A program made the position numbers and the translations under genes. The notes under the pieces are model-generated. The model did no database searches. It was not told the DNA's origin and saw nothing but the letters and a program-made list of their open reading frames with translations. A stretch of 63,861 nt of DNA, the filler included, from an uncultured Methanosarcinales archaeon (lineage in GTDB: Archaea; Nanobdellota; Nanobdellia; Woesearchaeales; JABMPP01): the NCBI GenBank assembly GCA_964604995.1. It is 6 parts of 6 records of this genome, joined end to end, with 100 filler letters (N's around TTAATTAATTAA, not from the genome) between each part and the next. Parts side by side here need not be neighbours in the genome. Positions count along the whole stretch, not along the records: positions 26,478 to 37,838 come from CAZSAD010000041.1; positions 37,939 to 48,836 come from CAZSAD010000042.1; 4 more parts are not named here. One strand, written 5' to 3'. Numbering within the stretch: position 1 is the stretch's first letter; each line of letters opens with the position of its first letter. Below are positions 28,475 to 38,674 of this stretch, one piece after another.

Positions 28475-28942
28475 CTATTTTTGTGAGAGAATCTTTGATA
28501 TTCCTTCCATAATAAATTTTGTAGATAAACCAAATTCATCTTTTATGTATGATATAGAAGAATCATTTTTCAATATTTCAAATAGTGTACAAGCTAATTG
28601 TTTTGCAGAAGAATTTGGAAGTTTTGCTGCCAGAGCTTTGTTTTTGTTGTTAAATAATTCACCTTTTGTTTCTTTTGCATATTTTTCTGCAATTTTATCA
28701 ATACTAGCTTCTGAACTGAATTCTGAATAAAATAATACATCAAGCATGCTAGCTTTCAAATCAATAGCTTTTGCAATTTTTAGTTCGTATAATGAAACTC
28801 CATCGCCTCGAGTACTAACTGCAACAATATTTATTGTATCAAAAGCAGCAACAATGGCAAGATTTTTCCTCTCTTGATTTTCATAGTAATATGGTAAATA
28901 AAGAGAAACTGCATATTTGCTTTGTTCAGTTTGGTTTTTCAT
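28475..28942 (-). CDS. Hypothetical protein starting MKNQTE
   Basis: 155-aa ORF; start region identical to that of the upstream gene. Confidence 0.7.
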   Translation of the reverse strand: MKNQTEQSKYAVSLYLPYYYENQERKNLAIVAAFDTINIVAVSTRGDGVSLYELKIAKAIDLKASMLDVLFYSEFSSEASIDKIAEKYAKETKGELFNNKNKALAAKLPNSSAKQLACTLFEILKNDSSISYIKDEFGLSTKFIMEGISKILSQK

Positions 28943-28971
28943 TTTGTTTTCACTTGTTATTCTGACTAGTA

Positions 28972-29937
28972 TTATATTCTGTTTTCAACCACCAAAAACC
29001 TTGTATCAATTGAAGAATTTAGAGAATGATCCCCAATATTGAAATCTTCGGCTCCGCTAAAACTTAATGCCCTTGCTGCTCCATTGTGAAAAACTTTGTT
29101 GGTACTATATTCCAAGTCGCTTCCTAGGAATGTATATACTGAATGCTTAATGTTCAGATTGTGTCCAAAAGTAAGTTTGGAATATATATCAACAAGCTTG
29201 GCAAGCCTTTCCTTACTCCCGGCAGCCTGAAGAACGACCTTGTTTTCAAGCAATTCCTCCCCTCTACATTCTATTCTACTCTTTGGAATGTGACTCAAAG
29301 ATTTTAAATTATACAACACTACTGACTTTTCAAAAACAGGAACTTCCTCCCCCCTAAAAATATCTTCAACATCGATAATTTCAAGTTGTTTTCCTGTTAG
29401 TGGATCATGTCCTTTTATTATTTTTTGAAATTCGCTTTCCTGGTCTTTAGTAAGAACACCATCACGATTAATGTATCCATAGTCTCCACTTCTTTCGCTT
29501 CTTTTTACCCCATGTGGTCCAATCTCTCCATTGACAACTATAAGAATAGGTTTACCAGACTTATTTTTTGTAGTGTACCTTATAGAATGTGTTGTAAAAA
29601 ATAAATTGAAAATCGGATCATTTTTTGTTTTTTGTTTATATTTAATGCCATTCAAATTTATACTCTTCAATGGACTTTCTTCATGTGGAACACCTGCTTC
29701 ATCTACCCAATGACTGAATATAGGTATATTCGCTAATTTTTTTTCATAAACCTGATTTTTTAGGTAAATCAATTCAGGCAAAGTTGCGATATGTGCATTT
29801 CCTTTGAAATCTTGTTCTTTCAATAAATCTGCATATTCCAGTGCTCCGGAATAGTTTGTAGAACCATGAGTATGATACCTTGGTAAAACTGCCAATGAAT
29901 TTTTTTCGCTTCCAGTTGTTTCAGTTTGGTTTTTCAT
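28972..29937 (-). CDS. Hypothetical protein starting MKNQTE
   Basis: Long ORF; the ATG at 29937 has a GGTGA SD (alternative start 29952). Confidence 0.7.
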   Translation of the reverse strand: MKNQTETTGSEKNSLAVLPRYHTHGSTNYSGALEYADLLKEQDFKGNAHIATLPELIYLKNQVYEKKLANIPIFSHWVDEAGVPHEESPLKSINLNGIKYKQKTKNDPIFNLFFTTHSIRYTTKNKSGKPILIVVNGEIGPHGVKRSERSGDYGYINRDGVLTKDQESEFQKIIKGHDPLTGKQLEIIDVEDIFRGEEVPVFEKSVVLYNLKSLSHIPKSRIECRGEELLENKVVLQAAGSKERLAKLVDIYSKLTFGHNLNIKHSVYTFLGSDLEYSTNKVFHNGAARALSFSGAEDFNIGDHSLNSSIDTRFLVVENRI

Positions 29938-30123
29938 TTTGTTTTCACCCATTGTAATAATTTACTTGTCAATATTTCCAACGTGAGAATAAGTATCTAT
30001 TAGTTAATAATAAAATTTCTTATTAAATTTTTTAACTTTAACGATAAATTAAAGATAATACTAGCAAAAATATAAAAATAAGACTAAATGTTAATTTAGT
30101 TAAGAATAGGTTCAAAGAATAAT

Positions 30124-31380
30124 CTACTTGATTATTGTATCACTGCTGTCTGCTTTATTAAGTCTGTCAAATTGTTTAAGCCAGAATTGTGTATTTTTTT
30201 TATTATTTGAATTTTCTATGTTTGGTGTGTGCATTAGAGCTTCTATTACAAATCCTTCAATATTTTTGTTATTATATGGATCCTGGATATATATTCCTGC
30301 AACTTTAAGAGCATCTGCAAGTTCTCCATTTATTGCTTTATCTTCAAAGGAACCATGATAACTTTTGTTTCTGAAATATCCTGAATGATTAAAAAGTGTA
30401 TTTACTATGGACGATTTTGTTTTTGCTTCTGTGTCTTTTTTTATCTGTTTATCATTTTGTGAAGCATACCAATTTCCTGCTATAAAAAGAAGAAATGCAG
30501 CAAAAGCAATTCCTGTTTTTTTGGGCCATGATTTTCTTCCCTTTGCTCTTGAATAGCTTTTTGCCAATGCTTTAACTTTATCTACCTTGTCTGAACCATA
30601 TGTTTCAAGAACATTGTTGAAAGCATATTTGAATATATCACTTGGATCTATGGAACTAGAATTAAAATTTTTTTTATGAATTACATAATTTACTATAGCC
30701 CCATCAATGCTATTTAGATAATCTCTTGTTAAGTATTTGGTATTTTCTGGTAAAAGCTTTTTTCTGCCTGCGTCAAGTATTATATTTTTGAGTTTTACAG
30801 ACTCTTCGGCTTCATAACTTTCAGTTCTTTTTCTACGCTTTTTGTCCATGAGAGGAAAAGTAATAATAGGAGAATATTTGTCAATTATTTTCTCAAATTC
30901 AGTTTTTATTTTTTCAACTGCTTTTTTATTAATTTCAAAAACTTCCTTTGCAAGATTTTCATAGAATTGCATTTCAGTTTTGAGTCCTGTTGTATAATCA
31001 TAATTATGCATTTCCATATTATTGTCAAGTGTTTCAGCTGAAATAATCGATTTTTCAAGAGCATAATTTGAAATTTCTTCGTTAATTCCTTTTGCTTCTT
31101 TTGCAAGTTTAAGATAAAAATTTTTGAATGCTTCAATCCGATTTAACTTAGAATTAAATTCATTGGAATGAAAAAAAGGTGCAGTGATATTGCTCTCTGA
31201 AAAGAGTATTGAACCTGCGTCTTTCATGAATTTTAGGGCATCTGTTTTATTTCCATTATTTTTAAGCACATCAAACTGATTTGATATATATTGAAATGCA
31301 TCAGAAAAATTGTATTTATTATCCATCATGTTTTTTATCTTTTCCAGATATATTTTTTGTTCAATGTTTTCCTGTTCCAT
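30124..31380 (-). CDS. Hypothetical helical protein with one TM helix
   Basis: 418-aa ORF; TM segment GIAFAAFLLFIAG. Confidence 0.7.
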   Translation of the reverse strand: MEQENIEQKIYLEKIKNMMDNKYNFSDAFQYISNQFDVLKNNGNKTDALKFMKDAGSILFSESNITAPFFHSNEFNSKLNRIEAFKNFYLKLAKEAKGINEEISNYALEKSIISAETLDNNMEMHNYDYTTGLKTEMQFYENLAKEVFEINKKAVEKIKTEFEKIIDKYSPIITFPLMDKKRRKRTESYEAEESVKLKNIILDAGRKKLLPENTKYLTRDYLNSIDGAIVNYVIHKKNFNSSSIDPSDIFKYAFNNVLETYGSDKVDKVKALAKSYSRAKGRKSWPKKTGIAFAAFLLFIAGNWYASQNDKQIKKDTEAKTKSSIVNTLFNHSGYFRNKSYHGSFEDKAINGELADALKVAGIYIQDPYNNKNIEGFVIEALMHTPNIENSNNKKNTQFWLKQFDRLNKADSSDTIIK

Positions 31381-31491
31381 ATTTTATCACTTAATGGTAA
31401 ATAATCTAGATATTCATAATATATAAAACTGATTACTTAATTTTTTAATAATTACAAAATATTTATAAATAAATACGTTTTAATTAAAAAT

Positions 31492-32457
31492 ATGGACAAT
31501 TATAAGCTTGATTTATTTGACAAAAAAATTCTTTTTGAGATAGACAAAAAGTCAAATATTCCTCTTCAGGAACTTTCTCACAAATTGAAACGCTCCAAAC
31601 CTTTTATTTTATACAGAATGAAAAAACTTGAGGAAGAAGGTATCGTAACTGGTTACCATGCAATTGTCGATATGTCAAAACTTGGGTATTTTACATTTCG
31701 CGTATATTTTAAGTTTCAACAAATGACAAAAAAGCAAAGCGTTGAGTTTGTTGAGTATGTAGAAAAAAATCTAAGTCAAGTATGGACAATGACTTCCATG
31801 CATGGCAAGTGGGACTTTGCTCTTTTTTTAGGAGTTAAAACAATATTAGAATTTCACAATATTTGGGATACTATTATGTTAAAGTATAAGAAAAACATAA
31901 AAAATTATAATGTTGCTGTTTATGCCCCAATTTATAATTTTAATAGAAAGTTTTTTCTTGAAGATACTAAAGATGTAATAGAAAGAGTTTATGGTGGGGG
32001 ATTACAAGAAGAAGTTGATAAATTAGATAAAATAATAATAGATAAATATGCAAATAATGTTAGACAATCTGCTCTTGAAATATCAAAGAAACTAAATGTG
32101 TCTGCTGATACAGTTAGAAATAGAATTAAAATTCTAGAAAAAAGAAAGGTCATTGTTGGTTATAAAATTGGACTTAATCTTGACAAATTAGGATTTGTTT
32201 CATACAGAGTTGATTTGCAGCTTAATTTAACACAAAGAAATCAAGAACTTTTCGAATTTTGCAAGTATCATAAAAATATTTATCAAATAAATAAAAGCAT
32301 AGGTGGTGCTGATTTTGAAATTGAAGTAATCGTTAAAGATTTAAATCACCTATTAGAATTAATTGATGAAATAAAAACAAAATTTAATGATATTGTAAAT
32401 GATGTGGATTACTTTGGATTTTCGACATTTCACATTTTAAAGTATATACCTGATTAA
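31492..32457 (+). CDS. Tandem (double) Lrp/AsnC-family regulator
   Basis: Two LD..DK.I..HTH..G.I.GY...D..KLG units, each followed by a RAM domain. Confidence 0.9.
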   Translation: MDNYKLDLFDKKILFEIDKKSNIPLQELSHKLKRSKPFILYRMKKLEEEGIVTGYHAIVDMSKLGYFTFRVYFKFQQMTKKQSVEFVEYVEKNLSQVWTMTSMHGKWDFALFLGVKTILEFHNIWDTIMLKYKKNIKNYNVAVYAPIYNFNRKFFLEDTKDVIERVYGGGLQEEVDKLDKIIIDKYANNVRQSALEISKKLNVSADTVRNRIKILEKRKVIVGYKIGLNLDKLGFVSYRVDLQLNLTQRNQELFEFCKYHKNIYQINKSIGGADFEIEVIVKDLNHLLELIDEIKTKFNDIVNDVDYFGFSTFHILKYIPD

Positions 32458-33590
32458 TTATTCCAAACTCTTTCAAATTCTTTTAGAAATTGCATTGCTA
32501 ATTTTTTATTATGTATGATAAGGATATTTTCGTCATTTTTATTATCGCCACCTTGTGTTGGATTCATTGAACCTGTAACAACAATTTCATTATCTATAAT
32601 GAAAACTTTATGGTGCATATTATATTTATTGTTATCAACTTTTACATCCACCTCTTGCAACTGAAAAAAACTATACATCGAATAATTATTAATATTTCTT
32701 TTTTCAAAAATACCTTTAACTTCTAATCCCCCATTACTTTTTGCAACAACTGCATTTGCAATTTGCTGGTTAGTAAAAGAGAAAGTCATGAAATAAACAG
32801 ATTTATTAGCAGAATAAATAACATCGCTTATGTGTTTAGCACAATTATCTTCAGGACAAAAATAATTTTCTATTTTAATTAATCCATTACTTGTGTTCAT
32901 AATTATTATTGGATATGTAACAGGCTGCTGCACTTTTGTATTGTTATAAAGCTCTAAAAATTGATCTTTGTAATTTTTTGCAAGAAGTGATGAATCTATA
33001 ATTTCTAAATTATTATCATTTTTGTAAGCATCATTTAAAGTTGGGTTAAATGAACCAGTAAATATTTTATTATTATCTGCAACACAAAATTTATTGTGCA
33101 TAAGTGGACCTTTTGAATCATGTTTTGAGTAATTTCTTAGAATATAATAATCATTATCCATGTAAAGTTTTACATCCATTGTTTTACTTTTTTCATCTAG
33201 TTTTGAAATAAGTTCAGGCAAATCTAAATCATAAAATGCACAATAAAGATAAGTTTGTGCACTTTCCATAAAGTTAAGTGTTGCCTTAGTGCAATTATCA
33301 ATTTGACAAAAATAAATAGTTATATTTTTATCAGAATAAATTTCATTTGGATTATCAACATGTGGTATAATGGGGTTTACCGTGTCATTTGTTGTAGAAT
33401 TTAATGAGCTATTTAGTAAAGTATGTAACAGGGCATTTATTTTAGTTATTTTAGTGGGTCCAATTTTATCTTGATTATTTTGAAAACTAGTTTTAAAGAA
33501 AAATATAAAAAATATAAAACCAACTAAAAGAATAATCAAAAATACAACTATCAAAATAATATTTTTTTGATTTGTTTTATTGAAATTCAT
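32454..33590 (-). CDS. Membrane-anchored phospholipase D/Nuc-family protein
   Basis: Two HKD motifs (HNKFCVAD..TGSFN; HHKVFIID..TGSMN) and an N-terminal TM. Confidence 0.92.
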   Translation of the reverse strand: MNFNKTNQKNIILIVVFLIILLVGFIFFIFFFKTSFQNNQDKIGPTKITKINALLHTLLNSSLNSTTNDTVNPIIPHVDNPNEIYSDKNITIYFCQIDNCTKATLNFMESAQTYLYCAFYDLDLPELISKLDEKSKTMDVKLYMDNDYYILRNYSKHDSKGPLMHNKFCVADNNKIFTGSFNPTLNDAYKNDNNLEIIDSSLLAKNYKDQFLELYNNTKVQQPVTYPIIIMNTSNGLIKIENYFCPEDNCAKHISDVIYSANKSVYFMTFSFTNQQIANAVVAKSNGGLEVKGIFEKRNINNYSMYSFFQLQEVDVKVDNNKYNMHHKVFIIDNEIVVTGSMNPTQGGDNKNDENILIIHNKKLAMQFLKEFERVWNN

Positions 33591-33640
33591 TAAAAAACCT
33601 TAAATCATTAACCTTAAATGATTATTTATTTTTTACAGAT

Positions 33641-34282
33641 TTACTTTTTATTAATAATATTCAAAAGCTCCTCTTTATTTCGAGTTATTGAAAAAACTAC
33701 TCCAGGATAGGTGGACTCGAATGATTCTATGAGTTTTTCTACTGCTCCAATACTATTTTTTGATTTTTTATGAAATTTTGATTTAAGTTTTATTAGTTTG
33801 AGATATTCTATTAATTCCTTTTTACTAATTTTCAGAAAAATTTTCACAAATTTCGAATTATTATTGGATTTATTTTGATTATGCTCAATACTTAATTTAA
33901 TCCCATTAAAAGAAGTCAAATCCAAAAAAAACAAAAGAGCCTCATCATTGGCAGTAAATGGTAAAATTACGCAGTCTATTTTTAATTTATTACAATAACT
34001 TCCAAGTTTATGATTGTTAATTAATTGTATATAATTATTAACTTTAAAAAAACTCAATTCTTTTATTGTTATGTTTAGAGGAATATGATTAATTCTTTCG
34101 AGAATTTTATAAGTTTCTTTTCCAATAATAAGAACTTTACAATTTTTTGATAATTTATCCTTCAAAGTTTTTTGTATCCTTTTTTCTATTATATCCAAAT
34201 AACAATTTTTACAAAATTCATTGAAAATTAGTTTTGAAGCTTTGCCTTTACACCTTAAACAAATTTTAATTTTATTAACCAT
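33641..34282 (-). CDS. Degenerate TtuA/NcsA-like protein
   Basis: N-terminal CxxC...CxxC..IEKRI.K; remnants ANDEA, SKKEL..Y and FESTYPG; no SGGKDS PP-loop. Confidence 0.5.
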   Translation of the reverse strand: MVNKIKICLRCKGKASKLIFNEFCKNCYLDIIEKRIQKTLKDKLSKNCKVLIIGKETYKILERINHIPLNITIKELSFFKVNNYIQLINNHKLGSYCNKLKIDCVILPFTANDEALLFFLDLTSFNGIKLSIEHNQNKSNNNSKFVKIFLKISKKELIEYLKLIKLKSKFHKKSKNSIGAVEKLIESFESTYPGVVFSITRNKEELLNIINKK

Positions 34283-34345
34283 AAATAGAGTAAATAACCT
34301 TAGATTTTAAAATATGCTTATTTATTGTAAAAAATGTAGTATTTA

Positions 34346-35404
34346 TTAATAGAATAAAGGTTGTGTTGGTGAAACTTTAGATTTGATTTCTTGAGAGAGC
34401 AATTTTCTTCTTAGCATAAAATAAGTATGTATAACTCTATCAATATGATTTATCGTTTCTTGATAAGGTAAAATTCCAACAAAACTATCGTCTGCATTAT
34501 CCATGCTTAATGCTCTTATATAATTTCCTTGTGCTTTTTTCAAATTGTTAGCCATAAAATGCACTATTGCATAAGTAGATTTTTTAATATCAAATCTTTC
34601 ATCATGTTTAATCAATTCTAAAAGTGGTAATTTTGAGAGTTTTTTTAATTCTAAAACATATAAATCTTTATAATGTGTTTCTTTTGATGCTGATCTTCCA
34701 GAGGTATAAATTGCTCTTTGATTATTAAGTTCAGATACTAAATTACTGTACTTATCTAAAATGCCATTATTTTTTGATTTTAAGTGTTCTGTAAATTCAT
34801 TTTCATTATTAAATCCTATTTTATTTGAATTTTCCCTCATAAACTTCTTTAATTTTTTCTCAAGTTCATCTAATACTTTTCCATCTTTTTTTCTACTAGA
34901 CCTTGATAATAACGCTAAATTATAGTTAGAATTATCATCAACATGTAATCCATACTTCCTAGCTGTTTCTGGCATAAATTGCCAAATTCCAGCTGCACCA
35001 ACTTGAGAAATTGCTTTAGGATTTAAGGAGGATTCTATTTGAGCAAGCGCTATCATGAATAACTTATTAACTGGAAAAATATAAGAATATTTTTTTATTC
35101 CTTCCTCAAGATAGGTTTCAAATTCTTTGACTTTCTTGTATTGTGGATGTTTAGTATAATCTAATTTAGAATCATCTTCAGACACGTAAGAAGAAAGAAT
35201 TTCAATTAAAGTATGTTGTTCTTCAATCTTTTTTTCTAGATTCGTAATTTCTTTTTCTAGATTCGTAATTTTATTTGAAGGGTTGTTATCATTAAGTTTA
35301 GTAGCAAACAAAGCAGTTAATCCACCTGTTAACAGGTTAGATCCCCCAAGTAAACCTAATGAACTTACTGTTTTTAGAAAATCCTTTCTATTAATATTAC
35401 TCAT
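34346..35404 (-). CDS. SLT-family lytic transglycosylase with Tat-like N-terminus
   Basis: IESSLNPKAISQVGAAGIWQFMPETARKYGL (catalytic Glu), DERFD..KST, PYQET..H; N-terminal NRKDFLK. Confidence 0.88.
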   Translation of the reverse strand: MSNINRKDFLKTVSSLGLLGGSNLLTGGLTALFATKLNDNNPSNKITNLEKEITNLEKKIEEQHTLIEILSSYVSEDDSKLDYTKHPQYKKVKEFETYLEEGIKKYSYIFPVNKLFMIALAQIESSLNPKAISQVGAAGIWQFMPETARKYGLHVDDNSNYNLALLSRSSRKKDGKVLDELEKKLKKFMRENSNKIGFNNENEFTEHLKSKNNGILDKYSNLVSELNNQRAIYTSGRSASKETHYKDLYVLELKKLSKLPLLELIKHDERFDIKKSTYAIVHFMANNLKKAQGNYIRALSMDNADDSFVGILPYQETINHIDRVIHTYFMLRRKLLSQEIKSKVSPTQPLFY

Positions 35405-35615
35405 AAAAACTATAAATTGTACTCATTTTTAAAATTTAGCAAGTTGTTACTACTTTATAATACTTAAAAAACGAAACATTTATATATTGGTTTATTTTAT
35501 ACCACTTTAAAGTAATATAGTAACTATTATAGTGACTATTAAAATTAAAAAATTACAGTAAGAATATAGTTGAAATACGAAGAATCGATATCGAAAATTA
35601 TTATCACCTCTTTTT

Positions 35616-35650
35616 CCCAGCAAGGTTCTCCGCAAGGGGAATCTTGCGGG
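35616..35650 (+). other. GC-rich hairpin with GCAA tetraloop (candidate sRNA or regulatory element)
   Basis: GCAAGGTTCTCC-GCAA-GGGGAATCTTGC, a 12-bp stem with G-U pairs, extended by CCC/GGG. Confidence 0.55.
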
Positions 35651-35745
35651 GTTTATAATCACAAAAGTTAAGAATATTCTAAACAAGTATTTATTTTTAA
35701 TAAAAAATAAGTATTTAATAAATAACTAAGAATAAAAAATGTAAT

Positions 35746-37737
35746 TTAGCGTTTTTTCTTGTGTTTTATATTCTTTTTTAATAATTGTATTGTGACAAGT
35801 ATCCCAATTGATAATCCTAAAAAGAATGTCCATACCATACCATATTCAATTTTTGGACTAATAGAATACCATTTTTTCTCTTGCTTAAAATACATATCAA
35901 CATTGCTTAATTCTAAAGAATATTCTGCATACAAAAGTGAAGAATATTTATCTGTTTGCTGCAATGAATTCGCGTATTCGTAGTAACTATAACCTGCCAA
36001 AGGAAAAAAACCTTTTGCTTGTTGTCTGATTAAATTTTTTCTAACAGCTTCTAATTTTTTAGTGATTGTTAAATTGATTTTTGATTCTTCTATTCCAAAA
36101 GCTCCAAGAACCATATCTGCTTCTGCTTTTGCCATACTAGCTGTAAACAAACAAAGTTCAAAATTATCAGTATTCATTTGTGTATATGCTCTATCAAGTG
36201 TTTTTCTTGTATCTTCCAAAGCATCAGGTATGAAAAGTCTAACGTATTGATATCTTTCTTCTGCTTCAGCTACTTTTGTCATGCATGAATTTTTAAGAGA
36301 AATTGAATCTATCTTTTGAGTTTTGCTATTAAGATTGAAAAAATTTGACCAAGATTCTGCACTACTTGTTCTTTCAATTGAATATCCCAATGCATAAATT
36401 ATACTTTTTACTTCATTATCATTTAGTTGATTTTCACTAAAATTTTGAATAGAATTATTATTTGAATATATACCCTGTCCATAATTTATATTATTTATAT
36501 TGTAAACAATATTTGTCTGATTTAAACTTGAAATATTTTTATTATAGTTTGTTTCATTAAAAATTTGATTAGATAAGTTATTTATTGTATTAATTGATTT
36601 TACAAAATTATCTTCAGCTTGTTTTAGTAAATCTTTTGCTTCATCAAGTCTTTCTTTTACTATCATATAAGTTTCAAGATCTGTAACACTTAGATGATCA
36701 CGATTATCAATTTTTTGTTCAATTAATTTAATTCTTGCTTTTTCCTCTTTTAATCGTGACGCTATTTTTTCATTTGTCCAATTTTGTTGCAATAATAAAT
36801 AAAAATTAAGCTTAGTATTTGCACTAAAGCAAATACTAGCTGCAGTATAATATTCACCTTGCTTTAAGTATTGGTCTGATTTAACTGTTGTATTAATTAT
36901 TGGAATTAAATAAGATTCATTAAGACCATAGACATTTGTTTTGTTTTTTGCTAAAATAAGTTGATATAACATTGTACTTCTATCACAAAGTTCACCAGCA
37001 ACTTTCTTCATTGTTTTTGCATATTCAGAATTGATAATTACATCTCCTGTTGGTTCTTCTAATTTATGCCCTGTAAAATAATAAACTGCATCCCTTACAT
37101 CATTAACTTCTATAAGAGTGATGTTTAGCTCTTTTGCATATTGCATCAAATCCAAAGTAGTATTATCATTTTTATTGTCAATGAATCTTTCCCCATCAGG
37201 AATTAAGATAATTGTTATCTGATTTTGTGATGCAGCATCTATTTTTTCCTTTAGACCACCAACTGGACCAATAAGACCACCTGAATTAATAGTTCCAGTT
37301 ATTGCAATATTGTCATTCATGTTCCAATTTTCAAGTACTGCAATTGTAAGAACAGTCATTGCTGATCCTGCACTTGGTCCACCAACCATTGTTGAACCTG
37401 ATTTTATAGTATAGAAAAAGTCATTTTTATCGCAATCATAATTCATTTCTTTGCATGCGAATTCTTTAGCAAATCTAGTTGATATTTGAGTATCTAGTCT
37501 AGTTAAAGGATAAGTGTCCAAATAAACTCCACCAGAGCCTGGTTTTATTGTTAGATATAAATCAGCAATACTCCCCTTTAATTCTCCTTCTTGTGCATCG
37601 CTTACCGCAAGAAGTTTAATTCTATCTTTAGATGCTAATGTAAAATTTGACAATAAAACTACTAAAAAAATAGAGCAAAAAAGTACTTTGAGTAAATTCA
37701 CCTTTACCTTCGTGACTGATTTTTGATTAAAGAGCAT
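35746..37737 (-). CDS. Extracellular Lon-like (S16) serine protease without ATPase domain
   Basis: GGPSAG, AITGTI..G.IGPVGGLKEKIDAA Ser-Lys dyad; signal peptide; C-terminal TM. Confidence 0.9.
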   Translation of the reverse strand: MLFNQKSVTKVKVNLLKVLFCSIFLVVLLSNFTLASKDRIKLLAVSDAQEGELKGSIADLYLTIKPGSGGVYLDTYPLTRLDTQISTRFAKEFACKEMNYDCDKNDFFYTIKSGSTMVGGPSAGSAMTVLTIAVLENWNMNDNIAITGTINSGGLIGPVGGLKEKIDAASQNQITIILIPDGERFIDNKNDNTTLDLMQYAKELNITLIEVNDVRDAVYYFTGHKLEEPTGDVIINSEYAKTMKKVAGELCDRSTMLYQLILAKNKTNVYGLNESYLIPIINTTVKSDQYLKQGEYYTAASICFSANTKLNFYLLLQQNWTNEKIASRLKEEKARIKLIEQKIDNRDHLSVTDLETYMIVKERLDEAKDLLKQAEDNFVKSINTINNLSNQIFNETNYNKNISSLNQTNIVYNINNINYGQGIYSNNNSIQNFSENQLNDNEVKSIIYALGYSIERTSSAESWSNFFNLNSKTQKIDSISLKNSCMTKVAEAEERYQYVRLFIPDALEDTRKTLDRAYTQMNTDNFELCLFTASMAKAEADMVLGAFGIEESKINLTITKKLEAVRKNLIRQQAKGFFPLAGYSYYEYANSLQQTDKYSSLLYAEYSLELSNVDMYFKQEKKWYSISPKIEYGMVWTFFLGLSIGILVTIQLLKKNIKHKKKR

Positions 37738-37838
37738 TTTAATCTTAATACAAAAAGTTTATTTAAAACTCTTTGCTTGAAACCTTTTTGTTGAAACACT
37801 TTTGAAATCCTTAATAAAAATAGGAGTAAATTAAAGTA

Positions 37839-37938
37839 NNNNNNNNNNNNNNNNNNNNNNNNNNNNNNNNNNNNNNNNNNNNTTAATTAATTAANNNNNN
37901 NNNNNNNNNNNNNNNNNNNNNNNNNNNNNNNNNNNNNN
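37839..37938. other. Artificial contig spacer
   Basis: Same linker. Confidence 0.98.
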
Positions 37939-38104
37939 AACCAATATTAATAAAATATGTAGATCAAATTGTCAAAAATATTATTGGCAATTCACTACCA
38001 ACAGTATTCCACTATTCTAAAAAACCACTTTTAGGTATAGCTAGCAATGAAGTAATAAAAAATCCAATAGATTAATTAGAAAATTTATTATCAAAATTTA
38101 TTAT

Positions 38105-38527
38105 TTATCCAAGACTTTGTTTTTTCTTTAATTCTAATGGTGGCTTTCTTAACTCTTGCACCCATTGCAAACCAATTCTTAAAAGTTCCTTATTAAGTTG
38201 GTCTGAAATCTTGTATGTTTTTTTGTAAAGATTATAATCAATTATTCCCATACTTTTCATTGGAGTTAAAATCCTATCATAGAATTGTCTTTTGTTATAG
38301 CTGATTCTAACTTTTTTACCAGCATAAGGAGCTTCTTCAATTTCAGTAATTAAATTGCCCTCATGTAATTTAGTTGCAAATAGACTCATTTCAGTTTTGC
38401 CTATTTCTCCACCATTCTCTTTCATATATTTAATTAGAAGTTTTCCAACTATTACCTGTTGCTTTGTTGCAAAGATAGTTTCGTATATGTCCTCAGAGAG
38501 ATTAAATCTGTCAAATAAAATGACCAT
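38105..38527 (-). CDS. Hypothetical protein, possible winged-helix fold
   Basis: FYDRILTPMKSMGIIDY..YKKTYKIS pattern. Confidence 0.7.
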   Translation of the reverse strand: MVILFDRFNLSEDIYETIFATKQQVIVGKLLIKYMKENGGEIGKTEMSLFATKLHEGNLITEIEEAPYAGKKVRISYNKRQFYDRILTPMKSMGIIDYNLYKKTYKISDQLNKELLRIGLQWVQELRKPPLELKKKQSLG

Positions 38528-38674
38528 ATCAATACCCCTTATTTTATCCCAACTATAACACTATGAATGTTATCCTGGTATATAAATGTTGGTTTTTGTA
38601 AACAGGGGTATTTATATACGTTAATTAATAAGCAATAAATCAAAACAAATTATTTTTTATTTCTAAACAACTAA

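Noticed and set aside
35619..35650. Resemblance of the hairpin region to the 16S rRNA 3' end (helix 45)
   Set aside because: The match is gapped, the anti-SD lies on the wrong side, and there is no other rRNA sequence; not called as rRNA.
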